Shown here piece after piece: positions 13,763 to 28,039 of a DNA stretch of 64,000 nt (position 1 is the stretch's first letter; every line of letters starts with the position of its first letter). The DNA is from Marsupella aquatica (lineage: Eukaryota > Plantae > Marchantiophyta). The notes beneath the pieces were generated by a model, which was given only the letters and a program-made list of their open reading frames with translations, was not told the DNA's origin and made no database searches. Both the position numbers and the translations under genes were made by a program. The stretch lies in assembly GCA_973895155.1 (NCBI GenBank), contig OZ316897.1:5411976-5475975 (forward strand), written 5' to 3'.

Positions 13763-14911
13763 TGTCGTAAGCCGGAAGTATCAAAAGTATCACTTAAAAC
13801 TTAAAACCTCAGGTTTCGATCCCTTAAAGAATAGATTTGAATCAGATTTAATATTTTTATCTCTCTGAATGATTTAGAGCTCTGAGCTCTAAATTTCTCT
13901 TGTTTCTCAATAGAAAATCAAATGAACAACACCAAGGTAACTAAACTTCTGATTTACAAAACAGAGGAGTAAAAATTTGAGAGCTGATAAGACAAAGCCT
14001 GCTAAAACCACTCCTTCAGAAAGGACTATGGTCTTATTATAAGCATAGACTAGACCTCAAAACTCACTGATTACCCTTGTGAATTCCCAAAGATGTATGA
14101 TAAAAGACTTATAAGTTTGACAAATAGAGTGATTTCCTGATCACAATTGTGAGGGTATATCTCAGTATGTCGGTAACACAGTTTAACATCAGCGATACGC
14201 AATTCAGTTAAACACTAAGACATATTCCATAAACAAAGAATCGGTACTGAATACTTTGTGAATCAAAGGTTACTATTTCTTATCAACATCTACTCCTGAA
14301 TTGACTAGCAATTGTCACCATATAACAAGTCTAGTAGTGAATTCCATGGAGTCTCAGAAGTTTGCAACTGAACTCAATCACCATAGGGATCTCTTGAATT
14401 CATTTACAACTTTAAGCATATGCAGCTTTACTTCCATACAAAACATTCTACAATATTTTGTTAAAATGGAAGGAAGAGAATCCTACATCATTCTCATTCC
14501 TGAGTTTCAGATTCCTCCTTGCTTACTCAGAGAATAGCAAAGTTTAAGTACCTAAGGTGAGAGACACTAAAAGGTATGTCTTTTGGTAATGAGAATCAAA
14601 AGATCACTCCTGAATAAGGAAAAACAATGAGTTCTCAAACTAAACTAAACATTCAAAATTAAACTAAGAGACACTCACTGCTAAAACGTTGGTAATTATG
14701 GTAAATTCTAATGGATGCTTCTGGTAGCGTCAAAGGAAGTCGGCCGCTTCGGGAATCGTCAGTATTAGGGTGGACGCTTCTGGAAGCGTCGGTCGAAAAA
14801 GGGTCGGTGGTGGCAGACGCTTCTGAAAAGCGTCCAAAATAGAACAAATACTGGAAAAATGTTAAAAATAAACCGAATTTCAAGAAAAAATGTAGAGGCT
14901 GCCATTCCACA
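13763..14911. mobile_element. Solo LTR (1149 bp) inserted in the MTase exon of copy A
   Basis: TGTCG...CCACA termini with TSD CTTTG (13758-13762 and 14912-14916). Removing it restores colinearity with copy B. Confidence 0.85.
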
Positions 14912-17624
14912 CTTTGGACTGTTGATTACCGTCACCTCCATCATTATCCTCGTCAAAATCAAAATTAAGAACAACACAGAGTCTGTCATGCTTCTACTCC
15001 CCGCTTGCCTATGCAGAGGTGTGGACATGGAGGTGTCTTTGTTCTCTAGAAGTCCAAAGAAAACTTTTGTCGTAGTGTCAAGAAACTCCTTCCGATTTTC
15101 AATACCAACTACAAACCGCGCACAATAATCTCCAACAACAAATGTACTCCCGGGCCCGATTGTCCAGTCCATCACTATATCCCTTGAAAGGGTAATTAAT
15201 TCTAAAATTGACTGCATGAAACCCACAGGCAGCCTTGAATTCCCAGCAAACGCAAGCTCCGGAAGAGGATCATTTCTTGGAAGGAAAACCAATGAGGTTG
15301 GTCATTGAAGGATCCTCTATGTGTGAAAGGGGCTGGAATTTGGGATCCTTCAAGACCCTACGTTTGGACAAAACACGCCCCAAAACATGGAGAGTAAACG
15401 TAAAAATATGCACAAGGAATTACATTTTGATCAATATCACCAAAGATACTACTCGGAAAAAGACAAAACCCTTGCATAGAAGAGGATGTTGATACTAGCA
15501 CTTGGTGCTAGCCTCACCATCACTAGGGAAAGGATGACTAACTGGGAAACAACCAAAACCGCTTAGTAGCGCCCGACACTATCATAAAGAGGGGACGTCT
15601 CTGTTGTACCTGAATATCCAAACGAGGCCTGTACATTGGGGTGACCATGACAACATTGTGTGTCGAGATACACTGGAATTTCTTCAAATCTTGGCAAGCT
15701 GCAATGACCCCGGCAATGACTTTAGATACTTGGTCATAGTTGCCCCTATGCAAAATTGCCAGCAATCCATCATCTGCCAAGAAAGGATCCATTGTTCTAA
15801 AGAAGGCACTTGGAATCGTATAATCTTGGAGGGTTCCATTAAGGAACTTTCCTTTCCACAAGTGTTGGTTTCAACCTAGTTGGTAGATATATGAAACCAA
15901 TATCAACTCCAAAAGCTCTTTCCTTTCCACCCCACACACCCCTTTTGCTTGATCCCCAGACTTCACAAGCTCCTTCCCCCAGGCAACCTTCAATATTAGA
16001 AACCCAGTCTGGTTTTCATCCCTTGTTAAACAATGAATCAAAACAATCTGTAACGCTTGACTCAAGAAAACAATGTTGAGTGCACTTTCGTTTGAAATTC
16101 CCAACATCTCTCTGCAATCCAGTTGAAGCAATTGACTCACAAGAAGAAGATCCAAACCTGTCATCAATTGGGCCTCTCTTTTTCTTCTTCGTCATACTTG
16201 TCGCGTCTATAGGAACAACTGCCTTTCCATTCTCCCTAGGGGTTCTTGGACCTGGGGTATTTTCCGCACCTGTGTTGGCTTCAAACACATGAGGAGTAGC
16301 GCCATCCGTCCCATCAGCGGTGGCATCTAAGTTTGACTTTCTTCCCCTTGAAAGATGGAGAGATGTTAGTAAATTGAATTGGTTCTAGAACTAGCGCCAG
16401 ACGCTAGTTTTTTAGTAGGGATCTGAACCTTTCATATAATCAGTTATGAATAACAGTGCCAAGTGCTAACTAAGGGCTGTCGGGAGTACTTACTTTTTTG
16501 GAGAGACCAAGTTGATTCACTTGGAGTTGCAGATTCATTCCTTGCCTTCACTCTTGGCTTTTGGCTACAATTAAGAGTCCACTTCAATCACAAGACCCTG
16601 TGTCATCTCCTAGACATACCTTGCTGGAATTTGTGACTTTTGCAACTTCATAAAACCATCTTTCTCCACCTCGTTGAAAGGCAAATCCCATGTGTCAGTG
16701 TCTAGATACCAAGGGCAACGGAGTTTCTCCCACTCAAACAAGGCACGTGGTGGAGACTTTCCCTTAGTTGGGTACATCAAATACAAATCAACAAGATGGT
16801 CACCATCTTTGATCATTACCCACTTTTGAAATGCCCTAGGGTAAGCCCACAAAAACTCGAGAGATTGCAACTCCATCCACATATAGAAACAAAAAACATA
16901 TTGTTTGGCTCATTTCCTATTCCATTCAGTCCTGCATTCAGTGTAGTAGTCCTTGTCAACATACTTCAATTGCCACATTAAATTGAAGAATTTAGCCTTC
17001 ACAAGATCTCCAAATGTTTTGAATTCTTCAATAATGGAATTCACCAGAACATCCAAGGAGTCACAACCGGACTTTGTGAGACAATCAGTCGGCATCCGAT
17101 CCAAAACCTGCTCCAAAGAGGTAAGGATCAATCCAATAGCAATCCCCTCCACATAATTCCAAATATGCCATGTATGGCACCAGTGATTTACAGGATCGTC
17201 CTTCACACTTGCCAAATGGAAAAATTGTTTCCAAACCTTTGGAGTACAATGGGCAACGAGAAGGGTGCACCTCAACTTTGGATCCAGATAAGTCACTGCA
17301 ATAATGAGGCAGGCACAATCCATAGTGCAAACAACCGTATCAGGTTTCTTCTCTCTTCTGTTCTTTTATGTAGCGGGAAACATCTTGGCACATGTGCCTG
17401 AAGTAGTCACCAAAATCAGGATGGAGTAATGGAGTGATCTTTGTTACTTTGATCGCCCAATCTTTTGTCACCTCCTTCATCATAGCTTTGTGCCTCTTTG
17501 CCGTCTCCTCTTTTTGACCACAAAGTCCCTTGGGCAGCTGCGAAATGTCTAGATGAGCATGTACCAAAGACCCCTTAGGAGTCTTCTTCCAAATGGCTTC
17601 AAACTTTGCAAAACTTGTGGCGTC

Positions 17625-20600
17625 TGTCGTGGAGGGTAACTCACGGGTAGCACTCAACCCAAGCAAAGATATTGCTGTCTCTACCAGTTTGTTCCCCTGG
17701 AAGAGCTTAGGGTGGGACCACAAGCGGAAGATGGATGAATAGACTTTTTAGAAACCAAATAAAACCCCACCTCTATCTTCCAAGAGGTTGGAGGGCTTTC
17801 TCCACTTCAAAACAACAAACTACAACGACAAAACAACGAGACCTAACTCTCCACAAGGCCCCCCCTCCTCATGAGAGTGCCAAATTTACTAAAGTTCTTT
17901 ACACAAGGTGACCAGAGAAACCTATAATAAATCACCCTGCTAAAAGCTCACTGGAACAAACCATGTTGTTGGGGTCACATCAGCTCCTCCTACCATCAAT
18001 TGGTTTGCAGGATGAAACTAGGGGCTGAGCCCATTGGTCCCAATTGCAACCCAATCTCAAGCACCCAAGTTTCAGCAGCCTTTGGCCAAATCAATACTTC
18101 TTGTCACCTCCCAGCTCTGAAGTTCAGACTGTCACTCCGGGGTGTCTACTAACTTCGGCCAACAGAACAGCCAAATCAAGACAACAAAACACACATGGCA
18201 AGAAGGTCGCACTTCCAAATTTATTAAAGTACTCCAAACACAACGACCAGGAAAAACCTGTAATCGCTTTGCCAAAAGCCCACAACTAGAGACACCAAAG
18301 CACCATAAGGAATCGCCAATACGCTGCCAAGGTATACTGCCCGAACCAAGGAAAACCTGAAATCACAACACAATATTCTCTCCTCACTTCAGAAAATCAA
18401 CCAGATTGGGTACAAGGTAACATCTAGGTACTCGATCCCTCTAAAGCTCAGTTCTCATGCCAACTACAAAATTGGAGTCATAGCAAAGAAGGATGCAAGA
18501 AAAAGAGACTTTATGTAACATCATAAATTTTCCTGGTACAAATGGAACCTTTGTCCAGGGTCCTTCTCCTTACTTCTCTATAACTATCCACTTTGGGATC
18601 ATATATTTGTTGATCTTAGTTTCTACTCCATGTGGGTAAAGTTTCCACTTAAGCAACAAGGCATCTGTCCCTCAACACAAGAACTACAATCCTTAAATAC
18701 TCTTCAGCCACTCCAATCCACTCCAATCCAAACCTCACCATGGATTGAGTGCTTCCCTCTCTTACTAGCTCCTAATCAAGCTTCTAACCTCCATTCAAAC
18801 TCTGGTTCATTGATTCAAATCATAGAATCAAATTTCGCACAGAAAAACTGGAAGCTGTAGACCCCCCTCCGGCATCTGATTTTTCTCTCACGAACCAGAC
18901 CTTGGTTGGTGCTCATACTTTGCCAGAAGGTGCGCCTAGTTCCCTTCTACCTTCACACCAAATTTGAGAAAATTTGGTAGAGCAAATGTTGCTCTAGAAA
19001 ACATTTACCGTTGCTGATTTTCTCTATTCATCATTTCTGTGATTTTCAGCTTCGGCGACTTGCGATTGGAACTCCCAACTCCATTTCAACCTTCCCTTCC
19101 AACCTACCACCTTCTTCCTCATGTGCTTCACAATCATAACTAATCACCATCACCATCTTCCCACCAATCAATTGATTACAACAACATTCGTTTGCTTGAA
19201 GGTGTGAAATCAGATTTGCAGCAAAAGCTAGAAAGTTGCAGACCCCCCTCCGACATCTGATTTTTTTCTCACCAACCAGACCTCGGTTGGTGCTCATATT
19301 TTTCCAGAAGGTGCACCTACTTTCCTTCTAACACATCCTTGAATTCTAGCAAGAGCTCTTTGTAAGCTTCCATCTCCACATTTTGGATGGTCTTCCCTAG
19401 ATAGAACTCCATTTCATGTGTGAGGCTCATCTTCTCATATTGAAATGGCTTAACAGCAAGGGAAAGACTTTCTTCTTGTTCCCTCCCAAAAGTCTCATGG
19501 TTGTCCTCCATACCTAGGTCTTCCTTCAATTGTTGTTGCACCCATTCACTAGTGAATGGCACATCAAGTTCTCCCAATGCATGCTCATTCTTCTTTTCAG
19601 TCTCACCAACATCATTAGTCTTTTCTTGCTGGTTCTCCAAGGGCAAGGGTAAAGGGGTGACCTCTTTCTCTTCTTCATCTTCCTTGACCCATACAGGCTC
19701 CTGCTCAGGCTGGTTGAAACCAAACTCCTCCTCAGTGGCTGTCTTTAAAGTATTTACCACCATCCAACAATCAGAGACCTGGCCTTCTTCATCAACTTCA
19801 TCACTCTCAGTTGTGTAGCCCATAGAAGTGGCTGTTGTCTCTCCTTGATATGCTGGCAGCCCCCACGGAATTTTGACTGAACCAATTTTGAACTCATTGT
19901 TCTTCCAGTCCTCCAAGACTCCAACCTTGTACAACCAAGGCCTCCCCAAGAGAACCTGGAATGTAGCTGGGATGGGCAGCCTGATCACAACAAAATTCAG
20001 CTTGTACTCCAACTCTCCTATCCTAGTGACAACTTGGGATAGCTTACCCACCGGTACTACCTCTTCCTGGTTAGCCATCCTTAGTATCTTAGGGGTAGGC
20101 TCAAATGTTGTGTAGCCTAGGTCGGCAGCAATTTGCTCCATCATGACATTCACACCTGAACCTCCATCAACTGGTACCCTTATGACCATGCAACCTTCAA
20201 TCTCAATATCAATTTCAGGTGCTCCCCAGCCCTCCACTTCAGTGTATCTCACCTCTGAAATGGTTGGTGGCAGCCTCTTCTTCCTTCTAGTCTTCACAGC
20301 ATCCAACACTTGCTTCCGGTACTTTGGGTTGTCCTTTAACAATTGCCCAATGGTGACTTCAGCTAGCCTCTTCTCAATGTCTTGCATGATGTTATAGTGT
20401 AACTCCCTTCTGGTTGTAGGTGATAAGGAAGGTCTCACCACCACAGTAGTTCTCTTGGTGCTAGTCTCACCCTCCTTGGCATGTAGCTCCTCTAGGTGTG
20501 CTAGCACTTCCTCTGTGACATTGGGTAGCTCAAAAGTTGGTGCTTCCTTCTCCTCTTCACCATCAGATTTCTCTTCTTCAACTGCTGGTGCCTTGCCCTT

Positions 20601-23409
20601 CTCCTCATAGTGTTTCCTTCTGGTAGACACCTTCCACAAATTCTCCTCTTCAACATCTTGGATCCACCTCACATTTGAAATGGTGGCTTCCTCCCTTTGC
20701 TGCTCTGCTGCTGTAGGGTTGGAGCAATTCAAGGTGGTCTGTTCCCTTGGTAGAATGGGGACGTAGCAAGGTGGCGCTCTCTGTTGTACTAGCTTGGGGC
20801 ATCTAGGCCTTGTGCCCTTCTTCCCTGCAATTTCCACACAATAAAATGTACTCTCCTTGTATCCTCCGATGGGGGCACTCAGGTGAAATATGACCGGCCT
20901 TCCACACTCCCAACAAGTACCAGGTATTCTAGGCACTGGATAGCCAGTCCTAGCTCTCATCTCAACACGGATAGTTCCTTGTTGAATGGCATAAAGAGAC
21001 TCCATCTCCCTAAGTTCAACCTCTTGTGGACTCATCTCAATCTCCTGAATCATCCTCCAATCAGCTTGGCAATCTTGAGAAAAGTGACCTTCTTTCTTGC
21101 AACGGGTACACCATACATTGGTGCGGGACATAGGTACATGTTTCCTATTCTTCTTGATGTCAGCTATCTGCACCTTCACCTCTTCAATGGCTGCCCTCAA
21201 GGTCTGCAACCTTGGCAAGGGTTGTCTCCTTAGTTGGATGGGGCGGACGGGGCTTAGGATTCTCCTCTACTGAATAGTCATCACTATCCTCTGATTCCTC
21301 TTCAAATCTGACCTTCTTCTTGAGCTTCTTGTCTGCCCAGCGACCGGACAGTAGTGCAGACTTCTCATACATCTTAGCTACATCAACAGCAGCTGCCAAG
21401 GTTTGAGGATCTGCCTTCCTTACCTCAAAATCGAGCAACTCTGGTAGGCCAGAGATGAACCACTCCAACTGAAGGTTAGATGGCGGTGCAGTGGATAACT
21501 TCCCAATCAGCTGCTGGACCCGTTGGGTGTAGCTCCGCAAGGAATCAGTTGGCTTCATCTTGATAGAGTTCAGTCGGGACATCACTCTAGAATCAGCTCC
21601 AATCTCCCTGAACTCTTCCTCAAATGCTGACTTTAGCCTTGGCCAATCAGCTTTCACTCCAGGTGTCAAAGCATTGTACCACCTCATAGCTTCACCATTG
21701 ATCAATCCATGAAATAGCCTCTTGGTAGTGGGTTCATCTCCCCTCATCATTGGCTGCTAAGGTTGCCAAATATTGTTCCATCCAATCATCCACATCTTGA
21801 CTACCATCTCCCCTGAATCTAGTGTACTTGATTCGAAAGGAAGGAGGCATCTTGACTGGAATTACCTCGGTAGGAGTGATCTGAACTGGTACAGCAGCTA
21901 CAGTCGGTGCAGGTCTGGTCCTCTTCACCACAGCGTCCCTCGATGAAGCTCTCCCTTCCTCTTGCTGATCTGCAACAATCTTTTTTACACTCCTTGTCGA
22001 ATATCTTTGCTGTCATTCACTCATCCAGGTCTTCCACTTCTGGTCTTCACGTCATAACTCCCCGGCAGTGGTGCCAAAATGTTGTGGAGGGTGACTCACG
22101 GGTAGCACACAACCCAAACAAAGATATTGCTATCTCTACCAGTTCGTGCCCATGGAAGAGCTTAGGGTGAGACCACAAGCGAAAGATGGATGAATGACTT
22201 GCGATTGGAACTCCCAACTTCATTTCGACCTTCCCTTCCAACCTACCACCTTCTTCCTCATGTGCTTCACAATCACAACTAATCACCATCACCATCATCC
22301 CACCAATCAATTGATTACAACAACATTCGTTTGCTTGAAGGTGTGAAATCAGATTTGCAACAAAAGCTAGAAAGTTGCAGACCCCCCTCCGGCATCTGAT
22401 TTGTTTCTCACCAACCAAACCTTGGTTGGTGCTCATATTTTGCCAAAAGGTGCGCCTACTTTCCTTCTACCTTCACACCAAATTTCAGCCAATTTGGTTA
22501 AGTGAATGTGGCTCAAAAAAATATTTGGTGTTGTTGAGTTTTCCTACCATTTGTTTTCCACAAATTTCAACTTCGGCGACTTATAATATGACATTATTTC
22601 TCCAATTTGACTTGTCTTTCCAAGCCAACTACTTCACTTTGTTCCCTACAACTGGTGACCACCTAATCCACCATATCTCATCAATCAATTGTTGATGGAG
22701 TCTTCACTCCTACCTAATTCCATGCCTCAATCAGGCTGATCACCAACTAGGGCCTAAAGCTTTGAGTTTTCTGGTGAAAAATGTTGAAAAGTAATCTTGG
22801 CCGTCTAAAGTTGGGAGTTCTGGACGTCTTCCAGCCGGGACGTCCAAGTCATCAAAACCTTCAAAGTATGTCCCAAAACTATTTTTAACTCCTTAATCTG
22901 ATTTCCAAAAGTGCTTAAAGTTTTCCAGATCCTTCTACTACGTACAATCTCCACTCTAGCAAATTTCCAAACGTTTTGGACTAATCTAAGTCTACCAATA
23001 AAATACTTAAAGATACCAATTTAGTATAAAATTACAAAAACAGAAAATTATTCCAAGTGTCAAAGAACCAAAGTGTTAATATGCGAAACAAAAATGACCC
23101 TAACTTCCTAACGACATGTCCGTTTTGCCTGACATTTTTTTGGGTAGATTTCTCTATCTAAAATCTATCTAATCATAAAAAATTCAGAGTTTTTCATGAC
23201 CCTACAAAGATTTGATTAAAATATTGCAAAAGGCTACCCTACCTTAAAACTTTCACTATTAACTTCTCACTCAATCTTCTAGGTTCAAAGTTGGCCAAGG
23301 CCTAAAGCCTTCAATTACACTAAAATTAAACACAAAGAGGTAATTATAAGTCTTAATAAGCTCAAAAATTAACTAACAGCCTTGTGTGACACCTTTAAGG
23401 GGGCACATA
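17625..23409 (-). mobile_element. Internally deleted Ty3/gypsy element (gag-protease kept; RT/RH/INT lost)
   Basis: TSD GCGTC (17620-17624 and 23410-23414). LTR-homologous blocks start at 17625 and 22080. Minus-strand PBS TGGCACCACTGCCGGG next to 22080 (tRNA-Asp/Athila-type). Confidence 0.85.
19317..22016 (-). pseudogene. Gag-protease polyprotein (frameshifted, truncated at the start of RT)
   Basis: Retrotrans_gag-like A.RWY...W..LK..F, zinc knuckle CTRCKKEGHFSQDC, protease VDGGSGVN and LLGRPWL, pre-RT LLLEFKDV. Confidence 0.85.
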
Positions 23410-24645
23410 GCGTCAATGAGAGGTTTGTAGTGCTCAAGATTGCGGCTAGAAAAATGTTTTATAAAATTAAAAATTCAGAGGAAGATCGCATGAAAGAAAC
23501 CAAGAAATTCTGTCCGCATCAAGAATCCAAGATGGCTCTACGACAGCTTGTCCCAACCTACAATAATTGTCAACATGGAAATTAGCAATGTCAGGTGCTA
23601 GTAAATGGACAGACAAATTATCACATCAAAAGTTGAGTGTAAACATATATGTCACGTTCAATGAGACTATTGTCAACAAGAAATTAATGAGACTTATTGG
23701 TTCACAACGTGCATGGCTCCACAAGGCAACCCTAATCTCCATTGAAAATAATGTAGGTAATGCAAGGGTGGTACTTAATGTTGTTAGGGTGCTCTGATCT
23801 CACAATTGACCACGAGTACAATCTGTGATTTCCATTGAAGACACAAAACATCTTGTCCTTCAAAACTTTGAAATTTGGATTGGCCTCACACTCTTTCTCA
23901 AACTTCTCATTCTTGGCCACCTAGATTGGATCCCAAGAGGCTCAAATCTCATTTGTACAAATTTGTAGAACCTTGTCTGCATTCATCGGCTAAACATAGA
24001 ATGGCATTCCCATTTGTGAATTTATCTAGAAATCCAGAATGACTCTTTCAACTTGTTGATTGAGGCGCTCTGAATCTGCAACATTCGCACAACTTCCATT
24101 GGGAGTTATTGACATAGAGGAATTCATGGTGGCTCCTTCTCCAATCCCCGGAAATCTTTCCCTAAGGACAAAACATGCTTCAAGATGTAGTTGTCCATCA
24201 AGAGTCCAACAATGCCCAAATCAACTCGAGAGACCTCCTTTGTCGTGTACATAGAGCCACAAAAAGAGGACTAAGAGGACTTGGAATGACCCTCGTGACT
24301 ATCTGCCATCCTCAAATTACCAAACAAAGAGATAGTGGCGGTGGTGAGTGGAACCTCAGACAATGTCATACGCCCCCGAGCCTTGCGTCAGTATGGAGTG
24401 TAACAGATTGAGGTACACAATGTGACGGTCAAACAGGGTGTTGGAAGAGACAGTTATGCCAAAGTACAAATCTCCCACGAGCGCAAAGTCCCAACATAGG
24501 GTTAAGAGATGTAGTACCGACCACCTCAAAATGGGATTGAAGGGTAACAACAACAGAGCATAACACTTGGCAGATTTTGATTGGGTGTTTGATCATCCCA
24601 AACTTTGGTAGTGTATCTTGTAATCTACAATGTACCTTGGAAGCA

Positions 24646-27600
24646 TGTGGTGCGTCCCATGGCTCCCTAAACCCAAGAAACCCCCTCGCACAAGCCGATT
24701 CCCACAGGTTTCGCCCTTGGCCAGGCCGGTTTTGCGGCTTAGCAGCATGGGACGCTGCTAACCTCCTTCTACTAACATTTTACACACATATACTGGACAG
24801 ATCCTTCATCGGGTCATGAGATACGTAGCCGGCCTCTTCTATGTCTTCCCTTGGTCTCCTCTCTTGGTCTTCCTTTAGGTATGTTTGGATTCCGCCGCCG
24901 AAATGATCCCCAACTGGCTTGGGTAAGCCGCTAAGACCTCTCTCAGCTCGACACATCCAACTCTTACTACCTTGCTTACACCCTTCTCTTGGTTGATGTG
25001 GGCAATCTTCAAACAAGTTAATGCGACACACAAATAGCAAAATGACTCCTTTTGATTGAGTTATACCATGCACTTGCCATACAAACAATACTTCTCATAC
25101 ACAAGATCTGCGAACTAAGCCGTGAGGCCAACTCTATTCATCTCTTAGGCATGAGGAAACGTGAATATACACAAGGGTCACGGTATAACTAACCGAGAGC
25201 TTCTTTTACTACCTGATCCCAGCCCTGCTGGTGCACTAAAAACTTGCTAAAGAAGAAGGCACTGAACTCCCCGCAGCCCAGGTACTTATCCTGGCAATGG
25301 ATCCGCCTAATTCTTTGCAACGTAAGCCTAATCTACCTAATTGTAATCTACCTATGTACAGCGAGGCAGGAGCACAAGTGTTGCTCTTACCAGTGGATCC
25401 GCAATCCCACTAAGCTAAGTGTTAGGGCCGCCTCCTGGTCCTGATCCTAATTCTAAACTTGGAGATCTGAGCCCACCCTGCCCACTCACGCCTCCTCCCT
25501 CCACGTCCGCCCTCCTTAAAAGAGCGGCCCTCCACCACCGTCATGGTAGCGGTGGCTGATCCTCAATGGACGCCCCCAACGCTTCTTCCGTAGCCACTGC
25601 CGTAGGTCCGTTCTTTGACAGATTACCTGCCCCGGACCGAGTCAACTCTCCGTCGGCCTGACTGGGTCCACCCTTGGCTTCGGTCTCAGCATTGGCCATG
25701 ACTTCTAATACGGCTACGGCCTCCCCGACATGCTCTAGTGGAGGATCCGATACCCCGGCTTCATCACTGATTGTTCCGGCCTCGGCCTTACCATCCCCGC
25801 CTTCTAGGGGTGGATCTACCGTGATCCTGCCTGAGGTTGGCACCAGTTGTGCCTCCTCTGTCACGACGGCTTGAGAAGCCGCATTACTCCCTAACCCAAA
25901 AGGTTTTTGCTTCTTAGTCTTCCCTGTTTTGGCAGCTGGTCCCTTCCCCTTGCCACTTATCTCCGGCACCGGTGTGAGTGTCGCTTGTCCTTTGGCCAGT
26001 ACTACTCCTGGCAACTTGGTTGCCCCAATTGGACTTGATGAAGCCAAGCACTTAAATACTGTAGCTTGTTTTTTTAGCCGCTCCGTTTGGTTGTTGGCTC
26101 GCCGCTGTAAGTTCTCCATCTTCCACGAGCTTTCCTCCAACTCCTCCTGCACTTTGTCCAGGTCCTTGCACGCCTCCTCCAGCTCCTTTTGGGCTTCCTC
26201 CAATTCCTTTTTTAAGGTAGCCCTCTCCTCCTAGGTTGCTCTTAGCTCCTTGTCGAGCTCCGCTACAACCTCAGAGTCTATTTTATTCATCTTGGCATAA
26301 GTCTGATCGAGCTGGTCATCTTTCTCATGCAGGTCAACCTTGAAGCTGGCCGTCAAGGATGCAAGCTCCTGCTGCAGCACAATAATCCCTTGATAGGATT
26401 TCCCTAACTCGGCCTCCTTCTGCTCAAGGGCTCTGAAGGAGTGTCCTGTACTTGTGTCGTTGCCGTTGCCATTCTCTTTTCCTTCTCCAACAATTTCAGC
26501 AGATTCTGCATGACTGGTTGTTGCATCGGCGAGTCCTTCGTCCTTGGCCTAAACACCTGCTCGATTGTAGGACTGTCGGGCTGGTTTGGTTTCTCTATTG
26601 CCGGCCTCTGTTCCGGAACCTCCTCTGGTGCCCTTGCTTGCAGTGGAAGTACTGAGGTAAAGATCTGACTTTGGACATACCGGCATAACAACAGCATGTG
26701 ATAGCCAAGCCGGGACACGCTTCCCATGCCGATTGCCTGATGTTCCTCCTTCAAGATCTTCTTTAGTTGGGTGAGGAGGTACCCGTTGTAGTCCTGGCTT
26801 GGGTCTGGCCTTTCTGCTAGGTAGACCTGTGCCTTGCCAATCTCTGGCCTCGGCAAGTTGCAGTGCATGGTTACCCGCAAGAAATCGATGATCTCTCCTA
26901 TGTGCTGGTTGGTGCAGGTGTTCCGAAAGAAGCCATTCTTCATTGATGGCCCTAGGAACGATCGGAACTCTTTGTCTGGCAAGGTCTTCCGGGTATCAGC
27001 AAGCCAAACACTTTGGCAATCACCCGGGGAGTGAGATAGAAGTCCTTCCCATACACCCTTGTGGAATTGGTCTCAGGTTCCCATGATCCCACAAATTCTA
27101 ATAAGTCTGAATCCGGCACCTCCAGCTTCATCCATGGTAATTTCATGAAAGCTTCCAAGCCGGATCTGGCCATGAAGCCCTGGTACTTCCGAGTCTGCAT
27201 AGCCGTAAAGCATGCATCCTCTTCACGTGCAAAGTGTAATTGCACTTCCTCGGGGAGGGTTGCCTTTCCAGGTGTCATCTCTTGTCAGAACGACATTAAT
27301 GGGGTCGACCTCCTCTTCTTCGGCTTCATCCTGCCTCCTGCTCCCTTGCTCAGCTGGCTTCCTTGGTGCCGCCGACTTTGTTCTCTTTGCAGGGGTGGTC
27401 ACTTTGTTAGCGTTCCCTTTCCTCTTCATAGTTGCTGCCGTGGATGTTTCTCCTAGCATGGTTGCCTTGGTCCACCCCTCTGTGCTACCCTTCAACTCCC
27501 AGTGTATGTTGTTGCAGCGGTTGATGGCTTCTCAAATGCCGACTATTGTGTTCTTACAAAACAGAAGATCGTTGAGTTTGTCGCCAGTAGGTGTCCACAG

Positions 27601-27790
27601 GAATTCAGCCGTGATGAGTTCTCCTCCTAAGAAGGCAGACTTTTGCAGCTCCCACAGTCGAGCGAGCTCCTGCCGTTCTCGAGCGGCTCTCTCCGATTCT
27701 TCATCCTCGTAGGTCCCAATGTACTCAGTTACCCGTTCTAACAGGCATCCCCAAAAATGAGCAGCCTGTCTGATTGACGTTGCTCATACC
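24646..27790 (-). mobile_element. Truncated, diverged relative of the ORF-bearing LTR-like element
   Basis: TGTGG start at 24646. ORF pieces GLEAFMKLPW..LLEFV..NSTRVYGKDFYLT..IAKVFGL resemble GFEHLASLPW..EFV..HTRLRGRSMSLT..IFGLP at 37270-38646 and are followed by a coiled-coil segment. Confidence 0.6.
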
Positions 27791-28039
27791 CTTCCTTGAA
27801 TTGATAGTCGGTATTTTCAAAATTTTCATTTTTTTTGCTAGCGCCCGGCGTTGGTAATGCTAGCGCCCAAAACTAGCCAAAAAATGTTGTAATTTAATTT
27901 TTTTTTGGAAAATATGATGTTTTAGAAAATATTTTGACATGGTTATTTTTCCTTGTAACAGTAACTTTTTGTTGGTAACAAATATTTTTTTGCTGGTACC
28001 AGTAAACCTGTTTTTTGTTTACTGTCACGCGTGCCATAC

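Larger units (their letters stand above)
12691..28028 (-). mobile_element. MULE-family copy A: cargo gene retained but decayed, no transposase seen, three nested insertions
   Basis: Left end GAGGTTTTTCACCGTGACTGCAAACAG at 12691. Cargo remnants at ~13250-13575, 14916-16340, 16490-17620 and 23415-24370 (VFNGNHRL). Palindrome copies throughout. Probable truncated right end CTGTTTTTTGTTTACTGTCACG at ~28008-28029. Confidence 0.75.

Noticed and set aside
19046-22436. Duplicated small ORFs MSTN(R/Q)GLVGEK (19046-19297 and 22047-22436)
   Set aside because: They are chance frames inside the two LTR copies.
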